A stretch of 64,000 bases of DNA. Origin: Fimbriimonas sp. (lineage in GTDB: Bacteria > Armatimonadota > Fimbriimonadia > Fimbriimonadales > Fimbriimonadaceae). Below are positions 18,968-28,592 of the stretch, one piece after another. The first letter of the stretch is position 1, and each line of letters begins with the position of its first letter. A model generated the notes under the pieces. The model was not told the origin of the DNA. It saw nothing but the letters and a program-made list of their open reading frames with translations, and ran no database searches. The position numbers and the translations under genes were made by a program. The DNA lies in NCBI GenBank assembly GCA_041288075.1, contig JBGGMI010000238.1, forward strand, positions 959 to 64,958, in the 5' to 3' direction.

Positions 18968-21900
18968 ATGCGTAGGTTAATTTCATTATTATTCGTGGCT
19001 GCCTTAGCGGCGGTGCCATTCATTAGCCAAGCGCAAGATGTTCTCTCTCCCGTTTGGACCAAGGGATCTATCAGCACACCGATGCAGATATCCAAAAATG
19101 GCGCCGTCTTGATGTCTTCGGACACCAATGCGGTCCGAGTTTGGAACATCGCCACGCGCAAGATCATTTGTGCGCTTGGCCTGACGTCGGTGAGCAGGAC
19201 TCTTGCTCACGATGGGAGTGGTTTATATTTTGCGAACGGCGACCGTTCTCGAATCTATTTCTACAACTTCTCGACCCGTGTCACCAGCTCGGTGAAGACC
19301 GACGGCGTGCAGTACGGGCCAGCGTACAACCTGGCTCTGTCTTCGGATGGAACCAAGATCGCGTTTTCGACTTGGAACTCTACTACGAGCCGCATCAACA
19401 TCACGACGGCAACGATTGCGACGGGCAGCACCATCGACCGGTGGGCACTTGCCGCTTCGACAGATTGCTATCAGGTTGCGTGGGTCAATGGGGATGCACG
19501 CATTCTCGTCGGACAAATCAGCGGCACGGGCCTAAGGCTGTTCACGGCTACGGGAACCCTGCTTGCCACAAAATCGGCGGCGATCTACCAGTTCACGGTG
19601 CATCCCAACAGCAATGTTGTTTACACGCGCGATACCGCGGGCAATCTCTTGGCGCTGGACACTACTGGCAACCTGACTCAGCTTTGGTTGTCCGCTAGTT
19701 CTACAGCCGACTACGAAATGAAGGTCTCGTCGGATGGGCTATCGCTGCTGTCAACCGGACTGAGCGATGACAACACGATGTACGCCGTCCGTCAATTCAG
19801 CACGGTCGATGGCACGCGCTTGGCTGGCTCGATGAATGTTTCGCCCGTTTATGGTGCGGTCTATCTGACGTCGGACCCTTCCTCCAATTCGGTCATCTTT
19901 TCCAACTACGCAGGTGGCTCGCACATCGAGCGATGGACCTTTAACAGTTCTACCGGCAGTGGAACGAGACAAACCGATGTCGATCAGGGAGATCAATACA
20001 CGGCCATTCAAACCTTCGGTACCGCCGCAAATCCGTATTTCTCGACGTTGGATCCTGTGTTCGGCGGCAATCGAATTATGAATGCCAAGACCGGAGCGGC
20101 GATTCGGCACTTAGCCAAATCTCCTGTCGTGTATAGCCCCACGGGGACGTACTACGCCTGGATTGGCTCCCGTGAGAGCGACAATGCGTACGGCCTACAC
20201 ATCTATCGAAACAGCGATGACACACGCGTGGCTTCGTACAACTCAGTTGAGGCTCAGTATTGTGGCTGGACTTCGACGACCGACTCTCACGTGTGGCTCA
20301 CGAAGAGCGACGGACACGTCCGCACCATGTCCTTTAGCGGCTCGGCTCTCACTCTCATCAAGGACTGGGTAGGCCCAAGCGGCGATGCTGTGCGGATGAA
20401 CACCACTGGAAGCAGAACGGCTCACTTGACCACTTCGCAACTGATCACTGTGTACGATACGCCCTCAGGCGTTGCAACGGGAACCATCGATCTTAGCTCG
20501 ACCGCGACGGGCGCGATCGATTGGGGGTTTGCGGGCGACACCATTTACGTGTTTGCCTGGACAGCCAACCCTGACTCCTCATATACGGCTGAGATCCGCT
20601 ATTACAACGTGAGTGCGACGCCTGTGCTGACGGGCACGACCACAACCTACAGCATTCCGGCCGCGCCGTACACTTGGGGTCACGCTCGAGTCAGCGACGA
20701 TCTGACCGTGGCGGTTATCGTTCGATCGTTGGCAGCGGGCGTTAATGGCATGCTGGGCAACGACTTTAGGGTGTTCCGGGTTGCGGATGGGGCACAACTC
20801 AAGAAGTACGACAACCAGTTCACTGACTGGAACTACTCCGATCTTGAGATTTCCAAGGATAACACACGGTTCACCACCATCGGTGACAATACGCGCGTTA
20901 TGACCGGAAACGAGCTTCAGCCGGTCATCAGGTCCATTTCGCTGAATCCCATTCAAGTAGTGGGAGGTAACTCCTCGACCGCGACCGTAACGATTAACCG
21001 AGCCGCTCCGGCTGGGGGGGTGGTGATTGCGGTTACTGGTGAGGGCGCGAGCGTTCCCGCGACAGTGACGATCCTGGAGGGCAATACCTCTGTGGACTTC
21101 CAGGTGGGCACAGACGGGGTCGATACGACGATCACCAAGTGGATCACTGCGACTTTCGAGGGGCTTGCCAAGACGGCTCCGCTGGAAATCATTCCTCCAA
21201 GCGTTATCGGCATTGCGATGAATCCAACCTCCGTGAACGCGGGTGTCTCGTCAACTGGCACGATCACGCTCAATGGCAAGGCCGGTCCTAGCGGCTATGT
21301 TGTCAACTTGAGCTCCGACAAGGCGTACGTCACGGTTCCCGGAAGTGCGACGGTTACGTCGGGCAACACTTCGGTGCAGTTCACGGCGAATACGAGCGAG
21401 CCCGGATCGACCGGAACCGCGACCATCACGGGAACCCACAACCTGGTGACGGGTACGGCCACCTTGCAGGTAACCACCTCTAGCGCCACCGTTCAGTTCC
21501 TGGAGGCTTCAATCAAGGGCGGCAATGCTCTGACGTTGAAGATCACGCTTCAGAATCCGGCTCCGGTCGGAGGGACGGCGTTCAATCTCACGGGCGACGC
21601 ACTAAGCACACCGGTTGCGCAGGTAACCGTTCCGGCTGGTGCGACAACTTACGAAGTGGGTGTGAACACCAATGCGACGTTGACGGATGCATCTACCACG
21701 GTGACGGTTACTCCGGCGGCCGGCGGTGGCGACAAGACAGCGACAGCAACGGTTCTCGCTCCGATCTTCAAGAGCCTGAACGCTGGTCAGTTGGTGGTGG
21801 CGGGTGCCAAGACTACGAAGCTGCTCATCCTTTTGGATGCGATAGCTCCAGCGGGTCTGACTTATGCCGTGAGCTCGAGCTCAGCCAGCATCACGGTTCC

Positions 21901-22036
21901 GGCCTCGGTGACCGTGCCGGCAGGCGCCTTCTTCGCGACGATCGATCTGACCGTCAAGAAGTCGACGACGAGTAAGAACGTGAAGATCACGGTTGGACCT
22001 AAGATCATCACGATCATCCTCAAGCCGAATCCGTAA
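18968..22036 (+). CDS. Large secreted beta-propeller plus Ig-like repeat protein (paralog 2)
   Basis: Collinear with 15795-18860 along its whole length (1022 vs 1021 aa); near-identical C-terminus. Confidence 0.75.
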   Translation: MRRLISLLFVAALAAVPFISQAQDVLSPVWTKGSISTPMQISKNGAVLMSSDTNAVRVWNIATRKIICALGLTSVSRTLAHDGSGLYFANGDRSRIYFYNFSTRVTSSVKTDGVQYGPAYNLALSSDGTKIAFSTWNSTTSRINITTATIATGSTIDRWALAASTDCYQVAWVNGDARILVGQISGTGLRLFTATGTLLATKSAAIYQFTVHPNSNVVYTRDTAGNLLALDTTGNLTQLWLSASSTADYEMKVSSDGLSLLSTGLSDDNTMYAVRQFSTVDGTRLAGSMNVSPVYGAVYLTSDPSSNSVIFSNYAGGSHIERWTFNSSTGSGTRQTDVDQGDQYTAIQTFGTAANPYFSTLDPVFGGNRIMNAKTGAAIRHLAKSPVVYSPTGTYYAWIGSRESDNAYGLHIYRNSDDTRVASYNSVEAQYCGWTSTTDSHVWLTKSDGHVRTMSFSGSALTLIKDWVGPSGDAVRMNTTGSRTAHLTTSQLITVYDTPSGVATGTIDLSSTATGAIDWGFAGDTIYVFAWTANPDSSYTAEIRYYNVSATPVLTGTTTTYSIPAAPYTWGHARVSDDLTVAVIVRSLAAGVNGMLGNDFRVFRVADGAQLKKYDNQFTDWNYSDLEISKDNTRFTTIGDNTRVMTGNELQPVIRSISLNPIQVVGGNSSTATVTINRAAPAGGVVIAVTGEGASVPATVTILEGNTSVDFQVGTDGVDTTITKWITATFEGLAKTAPLEIIPPSVIGIAMNPTSVNAGVSSTGTITLNGKAGPSGYVVNLSSDKAYVTVPGSATVTSGNTSVQFTANTSEPGSTGTATITGTHNLVTGTATLQVTTSSATVQFLEASIKGGNALTLKITLQNPAPVGGTAFNLTGDALSTPVAQVTVPAGATTYEVGVNTNATLTDASTTVTVTPAAGGGDKTATATVLAPIFKSLNAGQLVVAGAKTTKLLILLDAIAPAGLTYAVSSSSASITVPASVTVPAGAFFATIDLTVKKSTTSKNVKITVGPKIITIILKPNP

Positions 22037-22112
22037 GAAGGATTCGAGGAGTCTGGGAGTCGAGGAGTCATCCTCGCCCTAGACTCCTTCCTCCATCGGT
22101 ACACTCGGCGCA

Positions 22113-23288
22113 ATGGCGCTGAGTAAAAAGACGGTTCGCGACATCGACGTGCGCGGAAAGCGTGTGCTTGTACGTTGCGACTTTAACGTTCCTCTCGAAG
22201 CGGGAGCGATTACAGACGACCGGCGCATTACAGAGGCGCTTCCGACCATCAAGTATCTGCTGGATAATGGTGCGACGGTTATCCTCTGCAGCCACCTCGG
22301 CCGTCCGAAGGGGCCGACGCCGGAACTCAGCCTGCGTCCAGTAGCCGATCGCCTGACGGAGCTTCTGGGCAAGCCGGTGACGCTGCTCACTGAATCTAGC
22401 GGCGAGGCGGTTACTCAATCGGTACAGGGTAGCAAACCTGGTGACGTGCTCCTTTTGGAGAACGTGCGGTTCCATGCTGAGGAGGAGAAGAACGATCCTG
22501 CATTTGCCCAGCAGCTCGCTTCCCTTGCGGACGTATTTGTCAACGACGCGTTTGGCACCGCACACCGCGCGCACGCCTCGACGGAAGGCGTTGCGCATCT
22601 TCTGCCGAGTGTCGCGGGATTCCTGATCGAAAAGGAGATCGCCGCTCTGGGACATGCGCTCGAGAATCCGCGCAAGCCGTTTGTCGCTATCTTGGGTGGA
22701 TCGAAGGTGAAGGACAAGATTGCGCTGATCGACAACCTCCTGCCGAAGGTCGACAAGCTGCTGATTGGGGGCGGCATGGCGTTTACGTTTCTGAAAGCGA
22801 AGGGAGCCGGCATCGGCAATTCTCTCTTGGATGCCGAGAGTGTCGAATTCTGCATGCAGCTTCTAAAGAACAACCCTACTAAGATCGAGTTGCCGAGCGA
22901 TGTTGTGGTCGCTGCTGAGATGAAGGAGGATGCAGAGGCCAAGACCGTCGGCTGGAACGAGATCGAGGACGGAATGGGGGGCTTTGATATCGGGCCGGAA
23001 ACCTGCCGCACGTTCCGGCAGTTCGTGCTCGACGCGGGCACCGTTCTCTGGAACGGGCCGATGGGTGTCTTTGAGCTGAGTCCCTTCGAGAATGGCACGC
23101 GCCAAGTTGCTCAAGCGCTTGCGGAGAGTAAGGCATTTACGATCGTCGGAGGGGGCGATTCTGCGGCGGCTGTCGAGCAGTTCGGCTTTGCCGATCAGAT
23201 GGATCACGTAAGCACCGGGGGCGGTGCCTCGTTAGAGTTTCTCGAGGGTAAGGAATTGCCGGGAATTGCGGCGCTCCAAGACAAGTAA
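22113..23288 (+). CDS. pgk: Phosphoglycerate kinase
   Basis: [62 protein letters not shown]. Confidence 0.97.
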   Translation: MALSKKTVRDIDVRGKRVLVRCDFNVPLEAGAITDDRRITEALPTIKYLLDNGATVILCSHLGRPKGPTPELSLRPVADRLTELLGKPVTLLTESSGEAVTQSVQGSKPGDVLLLENVRFHAEEEKNDPAFAQQLASLADVFVNDAFGTAHRAHASTEGVAHLLPSVAGFLIEKEIAALGHALENPRKPFVAILGGSKVKDKIALIDNLLPKVDKLLIGGGMAFTFLKAKGAGIGNSLLDAESVEFCMQLLKNNPTKIELPSDVVVAAEMKEDAEAKTVGWNEIEDGMGGFDIGPETCRTFRQFVLDAGTVLWNGPMGVFELSPFENGTRQVAQALAESKAFTIVGGGDSAAAVEQFGFADQMDHVSTGGGASLEFLEGKELPGIAALQDK

Positions 23289-23299
23289 ATCCCTCGCTC

Positions 23300-23956
23300 A
23301 TGCTCACCATCCGCGTCGATCTCGACTATGTGCCTTGGGACACCCCGGACGCGACCGAGTTTGGCCATGGCGAACCTGCGGTGCTTCTGCGCCTTCTCGA
23401 CCTGGCAAAGCAGAGGGGCTATAAGTTTCACTTCTTCGCTTCCAACCGAACCCTTCGAGCCTTCCCTGCCAACGCCGAAGCCATTCTCAACGAGGGGCAT
23501 GACATTGATTGGTTCTGCAAGCACCCAGAACAGGCGGACGACCGTTTCCAGGAAGCGCTCGCGCTCTTCTCTCTGCACGGGCATGTTCCGGTCGGTATGT
23601 GTATTCGCGGCGCTTGGCCGGCCGACAATCCTAAGTTCGACGGGATCGAGGAGCTGCGCTTCCTCTCCGCCCATCCGGGCGTGCACCCGCCTCACCTCCT
23701 CCTCTTCCCCGTGGAAACGCGTGGGATGCGTGAGGGTGTTCGGGGCGGCATCTCCACTCGCGGCTGGTGCGACGCGATCAAAGCCCACATGCGAGAAGCT
23801 GCGACTCGAGATCGCTTGGTCACCGTCGTTCTTCGGCCGCAAGTGCTGGCGAAGCACGATCCCAAGCTGGCCTATGTGCGAGAAATCCTGGAGCTCGCCC
23901 AAGCCATCGAGATGCCGATGACAACGCTCAGGGAACGCGTCAAAGCTAGCCTCTAA
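23300..23956 (+). CDS. Polysaccharide deacetylase (CE4/NodB)-like protein, degenerate
   Basis: TIRVDLD, LLDL...G.KFHFF, EGHDID resemble the NodB fold; the metal-binding HxxxH is incomplete. Confidence 0.5.
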   Translation: MLTIRVDLDYVPWDTPDATEFGHGEPAVLLRLLDLAKQRGYKFHFFASNRTLRAFPANAEAILNEGHDIDWFCKHPEQADDRFQEALALFSLHGHVPVGMCIRGAWPADNPKFDGIEELRFLSAHPGVHPPHLLLFPVETRGMREGVRGGISTRGWCDAIKAHMREAATRDRLVTVVLRPQVLAKHDPKLAYVREILELAQAIEMPMTTLRERVKASL

Positions 23957-24003
23957 CGATCTAGTAGGAATTTATCTCTGCGAATTCGCGTCTATGGGTA
24001 ACG

Positions 24004-25170
24004 ATGCGCAAATTTGCTGTTCTCACTGCTGCAGGATTGGCAGTTGCGGCGAGTGCCTGTATGTGGGACTACGACACCTTTGCGGTCGAGGCGAGCGGCA
24101 AGCATGATCTGGTGGCGGTACTTGCGGGGCGGTTCGAGAGGAATCCTCCGCTTTACTACGAAATGCGGCTGACGCACGGGTTGGAGGAGTTGCGGCGGAA
24201 TCCCGGCGACCTCGAGATGTACGACAATGCGGCGGTCGCCGCCGAGAGGCTCGGGAAGCATGATCAGGCGCTGGCGATCATCAGCCAGAAGCGAGAACAC
24301 CTCAAGCCATTGCCGGCGGACAAGGACGGTTGGTATCGCTATTTCGCGAACATCGGGACCTTTCACGCGCACCGCGCAATGTCTGTAAGAGATCAGAAGG
24401 AGCGGCTGGCGGATCTAAAGCTGGCTGAGAAGGAGATTGCTAGTGCGATCGAGATCAATCCGGAATCGCACTTTGGCCGCGAAAAGTATCAGCTGTATGC
24501 GATTCGGTGGATTCTAAGTGGGGTTCCGCACAATATGCCGTTCTGGGACTACTTGATCGAGCAAGGAGTGGCGGAGCGCAAAAAGGAAGAGGATGCGATT
24601 AGAGGTCTTTCCGGTCTCATCCGGCTAGGTGGAGCATGGGAGAGCGTGGATATTTGGGCCACTCTGGCGGTTTTACTGAGAAACCACCAAGACAACAGCC
24701 TCGTCTTCTATGCGTTCGATCGGGTCGAGGAGTTGGAGAAGAGCGGGAAGAAATCCCTTCTCAATGTGCATAAACTCGAAGGGGAACTCGACAGCCTATC
24801 GGAAGAGCGAGAGAGGGGCTACTCGCCCTCGGACACCCTGAAGCCGAAGAACAAGATCATCTATGCCGATCTGCGAAGACAGGCGGATGAGTGGCACACG
24901 GCACGGACCGCGTACATGATGGAGCGGCTAAAAAATGGTCGACATCCGGATTGGGACAAGAACTTCTGGGCCGAGTGGGAGGACGAGCCGAAGCTTCAGG
25001 TTCCCTCGCCGGGCTTCATTGAGAGCATTCCGTTCGAGACCAAGATGTGGGGCGGTGTCGTAACCGTACTCGTGCTGCTTGTCGCTTCTCCGTTTGTGTT
25101 ATTCTTCGGCGGCCGAAAACTGTGGCGCAAGTGGAAGCTCAGCCGCGCATCGCAAACTCGCCCGGCGTAG
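24004..25170 (+). CDS. Hypothetical secreted TPR-like protein with C-terminal TM anchor
   Basis: N-terminal signal peptide, CMWDYDT motif, helical repeats (AIEINPESHFGRE), C-terminal hydrophobic helix plus basic tail. Confidence 0.6.
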   Translation: MRKFAVLTAAGLAVAASACMWDYDTFAVEASGKHDLVAVLAGRFERNPPLYYEMRLTHGLEELRRNPGDLEMYDNAAVAAERLGKHDQALAIISQKREHLKPLPADKDGWYRYFANIGTFHAHRAMSVRDQKERLADLKLAEKEIASAIEINPESHFGREKYQLYAIRWILSGVPHNMPFWDYLIEQGVAERKKEEDAIRGLSGLIRLGGAWESVDIWATLAVLLRNHQDNSLVFYAFDRVEELEKSGKKSLLNVHKLEGELDSLSEERERGYSPSDTLKPKNKIIYADLRRQADEWHTARTAYMMERLKNGRHPDWDKNFWAEWEDEPKLQVPSPGFIESIPFETKMWGGVVTVLVLLVASPFVLFFGGRKLWRKWKLSRASQTRPA

Positions 25171-26335
25171 GAAGGCGGCTGTGCTGACGGATGGCGGAGT
25201 GATACACCTCCACGACCTTGCTGGCCATTTGCGGAATTCCGTGCGAACGGACGGATCGCCGGGCGGCTTCGCTCATGGAGGCATAGAGGCGGTCATTGTT
25301 CAGTACCTCCAGAACCTGGTCAGCGAGATCTTCCGGATCGTTCTTCGTCGAGAATCCATTAACGCCCTCTTCCACCGCAGCACTGGCGCCGCCACCTGCC
25401 ACCACGACCGCAGGCAGACCGTGCGTCATCGCCTCCTGAATCACCAAGCCCTGAGTCTCGGTTATTGAGGCGAAAAGGAAGAGATCAGCGGCTGCGTAAT
25501 AGAGATCTAGCTTGGAGCGCTCGACAAAACCAACAAATCGGACTCGGTCGCCGATGCCCAGCTCGCGAGCGATTTGGATGCACTCTGCGCGATAGGGTCC
25601 GTCTCCGACGAGCCACAGCCGCAAAGAAGGATCAGCGCTCAGCGCTAGCGCGGCTGCTTCCAGGAGAACGCCCAGGTTCTTCTCCTTTGCAAGCCGCCCG
25701 ACGTAGAGGAGAATGCGTTGTTCGGGCGGAATGGAGAGCGCGGTTCTCGCCTCAGCGCGATCGATCGGAGTGCCGAACGACAAGCCGGTGGGGATGACCG
25801 TGATCGGTTTTGTCACGGAGTGGCGACGAAGCCACTTAAGCGATGCCTCGCTCGGCGTGATTACGTGGTCCATCCGGTTGTAGTAGAAGTTCGTGTGCCT
25901 GGCGATTCTGAAGCGGATGTAGCGCCGGGGGAGGAGGCGGAAGTAGTGCGCGTATCGGTCGTAAAGGGTGTGGTAGGTCGACACGATCGGCAGCTCGTGC
26001 GACTCGGCCCATCGGAAGCCCACCATGCCGAGCATGTACGGCGTGTGCGTATGAACGATGTCGTAGCTCTCTCGCTCGAAGCGTTGAAGCGTCCTATAGA
26101 AGGGGGGAATCGCCACCGGATAGCCTTTCGACATGGGCGTCTCGATGGAGCGAAAGCGAAACGTGTTGGGATCGGCGTCTTTGTAGCCCGGGAATCTGGG
26201 GGCATACAAGTGAACCGAGTGGCCCTGACGGCGAAGCTCCTGAACGAGCGCGTCGATGCTGATGCTGACGCCGTTGAGCACGGGAAGGGCGCTGTCTGAA
26301 AAGACCGCCACGCGGAGGCTTTCCCCGCCACTCAC
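25139..26335 (-). CDS. GT4 family glycosyltransferase (diacylglycerol glucosyltransferase-like)
   Basis: VFSDSALPVLNGVSISI, HTHTP, YHTLY, LYVGRLAKEKN, SITETQGLVIQEAM motifs. Confidence 0.9.
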   Translation of the reverse strand: MSGGESLRVAVFSDSALPVLNGVSISIDALVQELRRQGHSVHLYAPRFPGYKDADPNTFRFRSIETPMSKGYPVAIPPFYRTLQRFERESYDIVHTHTPYMLGMVGFRWAESHELPIVSTYHTLYDRYAHYFRLLPRRYIRFRIARHTNFYYNRMDHVITPSEASLKWLRRHSVTKPITVIPTGLSFGTPIDRAEARTALSIPPEQRILLYVGRLAKEKNLGVLLEAAALALSADPSLRLWLVGDGPYRAECIQIARELGIGDRVRFVGFVERSKLDLYYAAADLFLFASITETQGLVIQEAMTHGLPAVVVAGGGASAAVEEGVNGFSTKNDPEDLADQVLEVLNNDRLYASMSEAARRSVRSHGIPQMASKVVEVYHSAIRQHSRLPTPGEFAMRG

Positions 26336-26338
26336 CCT

Positions 26339-26881
26339 TTACTCCTGCGGAAAACGGCCATGGTCGCCCACGAATTTTACGATATCGCTAAGCCTGAACC
26401 GTCGCTGTCCTCCACCGGTGCGGTGATGGGCCAGCCAACCTCTATTGGTATACCTGCGCACGGTTGCGGGGCAAACTCCCAGCAGGCGGCTTGTTTCCTC
26501 TAGCGAGAGCTCCGGATCGAGTAGACGCTTGATCAGGTCCTGGCGGGTCTCTTTGAATTCGCCGCTGTAGTAGTTCGCGGTTACCGAGTCATCGTAAAAG
26601 GAGCAGAGGAACTCAACATTCTTAGGGAGTGCCATCCAGGTGGTCTGCAGCTCCGGGTCCATCACGGCATTTGTAACAGGGCTCTCTGCTTTGGCGCGAC
26701 GAGGCCGGGGGGCACTCATCACGGTCTTCTTGAAGCGGGTGCGCTTGGCGTCTCCGTTCGTAGCCACGCCACCGTCCACTGCTATCGCCTGCTTCGTGTC
26801 CAGAAATGCACTTTCTATATAAGCAAGCGGGTCAAACTTATCCGTTTTCAACGCATTAAGTCTACAACTCTGGCTGGTCAA
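26339..26881 (-). CDS. Protein with C-terminal MerR/HTH_17 (BldC/excisionase-like) DNA-binding domain
   Basis: LSLEETSRLLGVCPATVRRYTNRG...RTGGGQRRFRLSDI; TTG overlaps the queA stop. Confidence 0.75.
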   Translation of the reverse strand: MTSQSCRLNALKTDKFDPLAYIESAFLDTKQAIAVDGGVATNGDAKRTRFKKTVMSAPRPRRAKAESPVTNAVMDPELQTTWMALPKNVEFLCSFYDDSVTANYYSGEFKETRQDLIKRLLDPELSLEETSRLLGVCPATVRRYTNRGWLAHHRTGGGQRRFRLSDIVKFVGDHGRFPQE

Positions 26882-27885
26882 ATGATAAGCATGGAGTCAC
26901 CAAAGCTCAAAAAACGATATTGTTTGGCAACTGCCTGCCTATAGGCTTGCAGAACGTGCTCCCGACCTGCAAGGGCCGAAATCATGAGCATCATCGTGGT
27001 TCCGGGAAGGTGGAAGTTGGTGAACATTCCATCGATAATCTGGAATTCGAAGCCGGGGCGGATAAAGAGCTTCGAAATCTGGCTTCCTGATTCCACTTTC
27101 CTCGGGCCCTTTGCAAAAGACTCCAGGGTGCGGACCGTTGTGGTTCCCACTGCTATGATGCGGCCCGGACACGACCCGATCTTGGCTGCAGTTTCAGTCG
27201 GAAGTGTGCAACGTTCGCCGTGCATCTTATGCTGATCGAGGTCTTCCACCTGCACCGGGCGGAAGGTATCGATGCTTACGTCGAGGGTGACAGTTGCGGT
27301 TTCTACTCCCTTTTCACACAGTGCCGCCAGAATCTGTGGGGTGAAATGAAGACCTGCTGTCGGCGCAGCAGCACTTCCCTTTGCGGCTGCGTATACCGTC
27401 TGATACCGCTCCCGGTCGGCGAGGTGTTCGTGGATGTAAGGCGGCAAGGGAGTCAAGCCCACGGTCTCCAGTCGTTCAGCAAGACCCTGTACTTCCGAGA
27501 AGCGGAGGACTCGCAAACCCTCGGCCTCTTGGTCTACGGTCGCGTGCAATCCTTCCCCAAAACTGACGCGTACACCTCGGCGAAGAGACTTTGTCGGCTT
27601 CACCATAGCCTCGTACAGCCCCGGCTGGAGTTCTCTCAGAAGCAGCGCCTCGACCGCGCCGCCGGTAGCCTTTCGGCCAAACAATCGCACGGCAGAAACC
27701 CGAGTGTCGTTCATCACCAACAGATCGCCTTCGTGCAGAAGTTCGAGCACGTCAGTGAACCGACAATGCTCCACCCGGCCGTCCCGGTTCAACACGAGAA
27801 GCCGGGATGCGGATCGTTCCAGTAATGGTTGCTGCGCAATCAGCTCTCCAGGCAACTCGTATGTGTAATCGCTCAGGCGCTCCAG
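26878..27885 (-). CDS. queA: S-adenosylmethionine:tRNA ribosyltransferase-isomerase; probable CTG start at 27885
   Basis: LSDYTYELPGELIAQQP, SRLL, NDTRV, TPLPPYI, RYQTVYA, AAAPTAGLHFT, AVGTTTVRTLES, TNFHLP, YRFLSFGDSMLI. Confidence 0.95.
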   Translation of the reverse strand: MERLSDYTYELPGELIAQQPLLERSASRLLVLNRDGRVEHCRFTDVLELLHEGDLLVMNDTRVSAVRLFGRKATGGAVEALLLRELQPGLYEAMVKPTKSLRRGVRVSFGEGLHATVDQEAEGLRVLRFSEVQGLAERLETVGLTPLPPYIHEHLADRERYQTVYAAAKGSAAAPTAGLHFTPQILAALCEKGVETATVTLDVSIDTFRPVQVEDLDQHKMHGERCTLPTETAAKIGSCPGRIIAVGTTTVRTLESFAKGPRKVESGSQISKLFIRPGFEFQIIDGMFTNFHLPGTTMMLMISALAGREHVLQAYRQAVAKQYRFLSFGDSMLII

Positions 27886-28556
27886 ATTGCAGCCTCCAGG
27901 TGAGCGAGAGAACTGATCGTGGATTTGTTCGAAATCCCGCTTGCACGATCAAGAAATACAGGAGTTATGCCGGCGCTCATAGCTCCTTCAACATCGTCGA
28001 TTAGGTGGTCCCCGATATGAACCGTTTCCTCGGGGCTGGCACCGAGGCGTTCCAGGGTGAGGGCGAACAGTCTGGGATCTGGCTTCTCCATTCCTTCTTC
28101 AAGTGAAGCGACCTCAGCTTCGAAGAACCCCGAAATTTCAAAGAACTGCAGCACTCGGTGCAGTGAATAATCCCAGTTGGACAGAACGGCCATTCTAATG
28201 CCCCTAGCTTTAAGGCACTCAAGGCAAGGGAGCACATCCTCGAACAGGCTGAACATGCAAGAGGGCTCGCTGAAGATGGAGGTGTCGACGCGATTTTGTA
28301 GGTCCTCGGCTGTTTTTGGGTCACGCCCAATCCTCACCAACCAATCGGCCAGAAGTTGAACCCAAAAGACGCGCCCCTGCTGTGGATCCCGCGTGAGATT
28401 GACCTGGTGAAACGCGCTTAGTCTGCCCATGAACATCGCCTGGAAGAGTTGCCCCTCCATCGGATCGGCATTGGCAACTGCGACAACCGCCTGCTCTACT
28501 GAGCAATGCAGCTTGACTAGGGTGCCGGCACAATCGAAGGTGACACACCGGACCAT
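27873..28556 (-). CDS. HAD-superfamily hydrolase (subfamily IA)
   Basis: FDCAGTL motif I, LSNWD motif II, KPDPRLF, HIGDHLIDDVEGA. Confidence 0.88.
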   Translation of the reverse strand: MVRCVTFDCAGTLVKLHCSVEQAVVAVANADPMEGQLFQAMFMGRLSAFHQVNLTRDPQQGRVFWVQLLADWLVRIGRDPKTAEDLQNRVDTSIFSEPSCMFSLFEDVLPCLECLKARGIRMAVLSNWDYSLHRVLQFFEISGFFEAEVASLEEGMEKPDPRLFALTLERLGASPEETVHIGDHLIDDVEGAMSAGITPVFLDRASGISNKSTISSLAHLEAAIWSA

Positions 28557-28592
28557 TTCTGGATTATGAAGGCGTCAGGTAGTTTTGAAGTG

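Noticed and set aside
26339-26881. HTH_17 protein as a phage excisionase marking an integrated element
   Set aside because: Embedded in a housekeeping operon with no integrase or att sites
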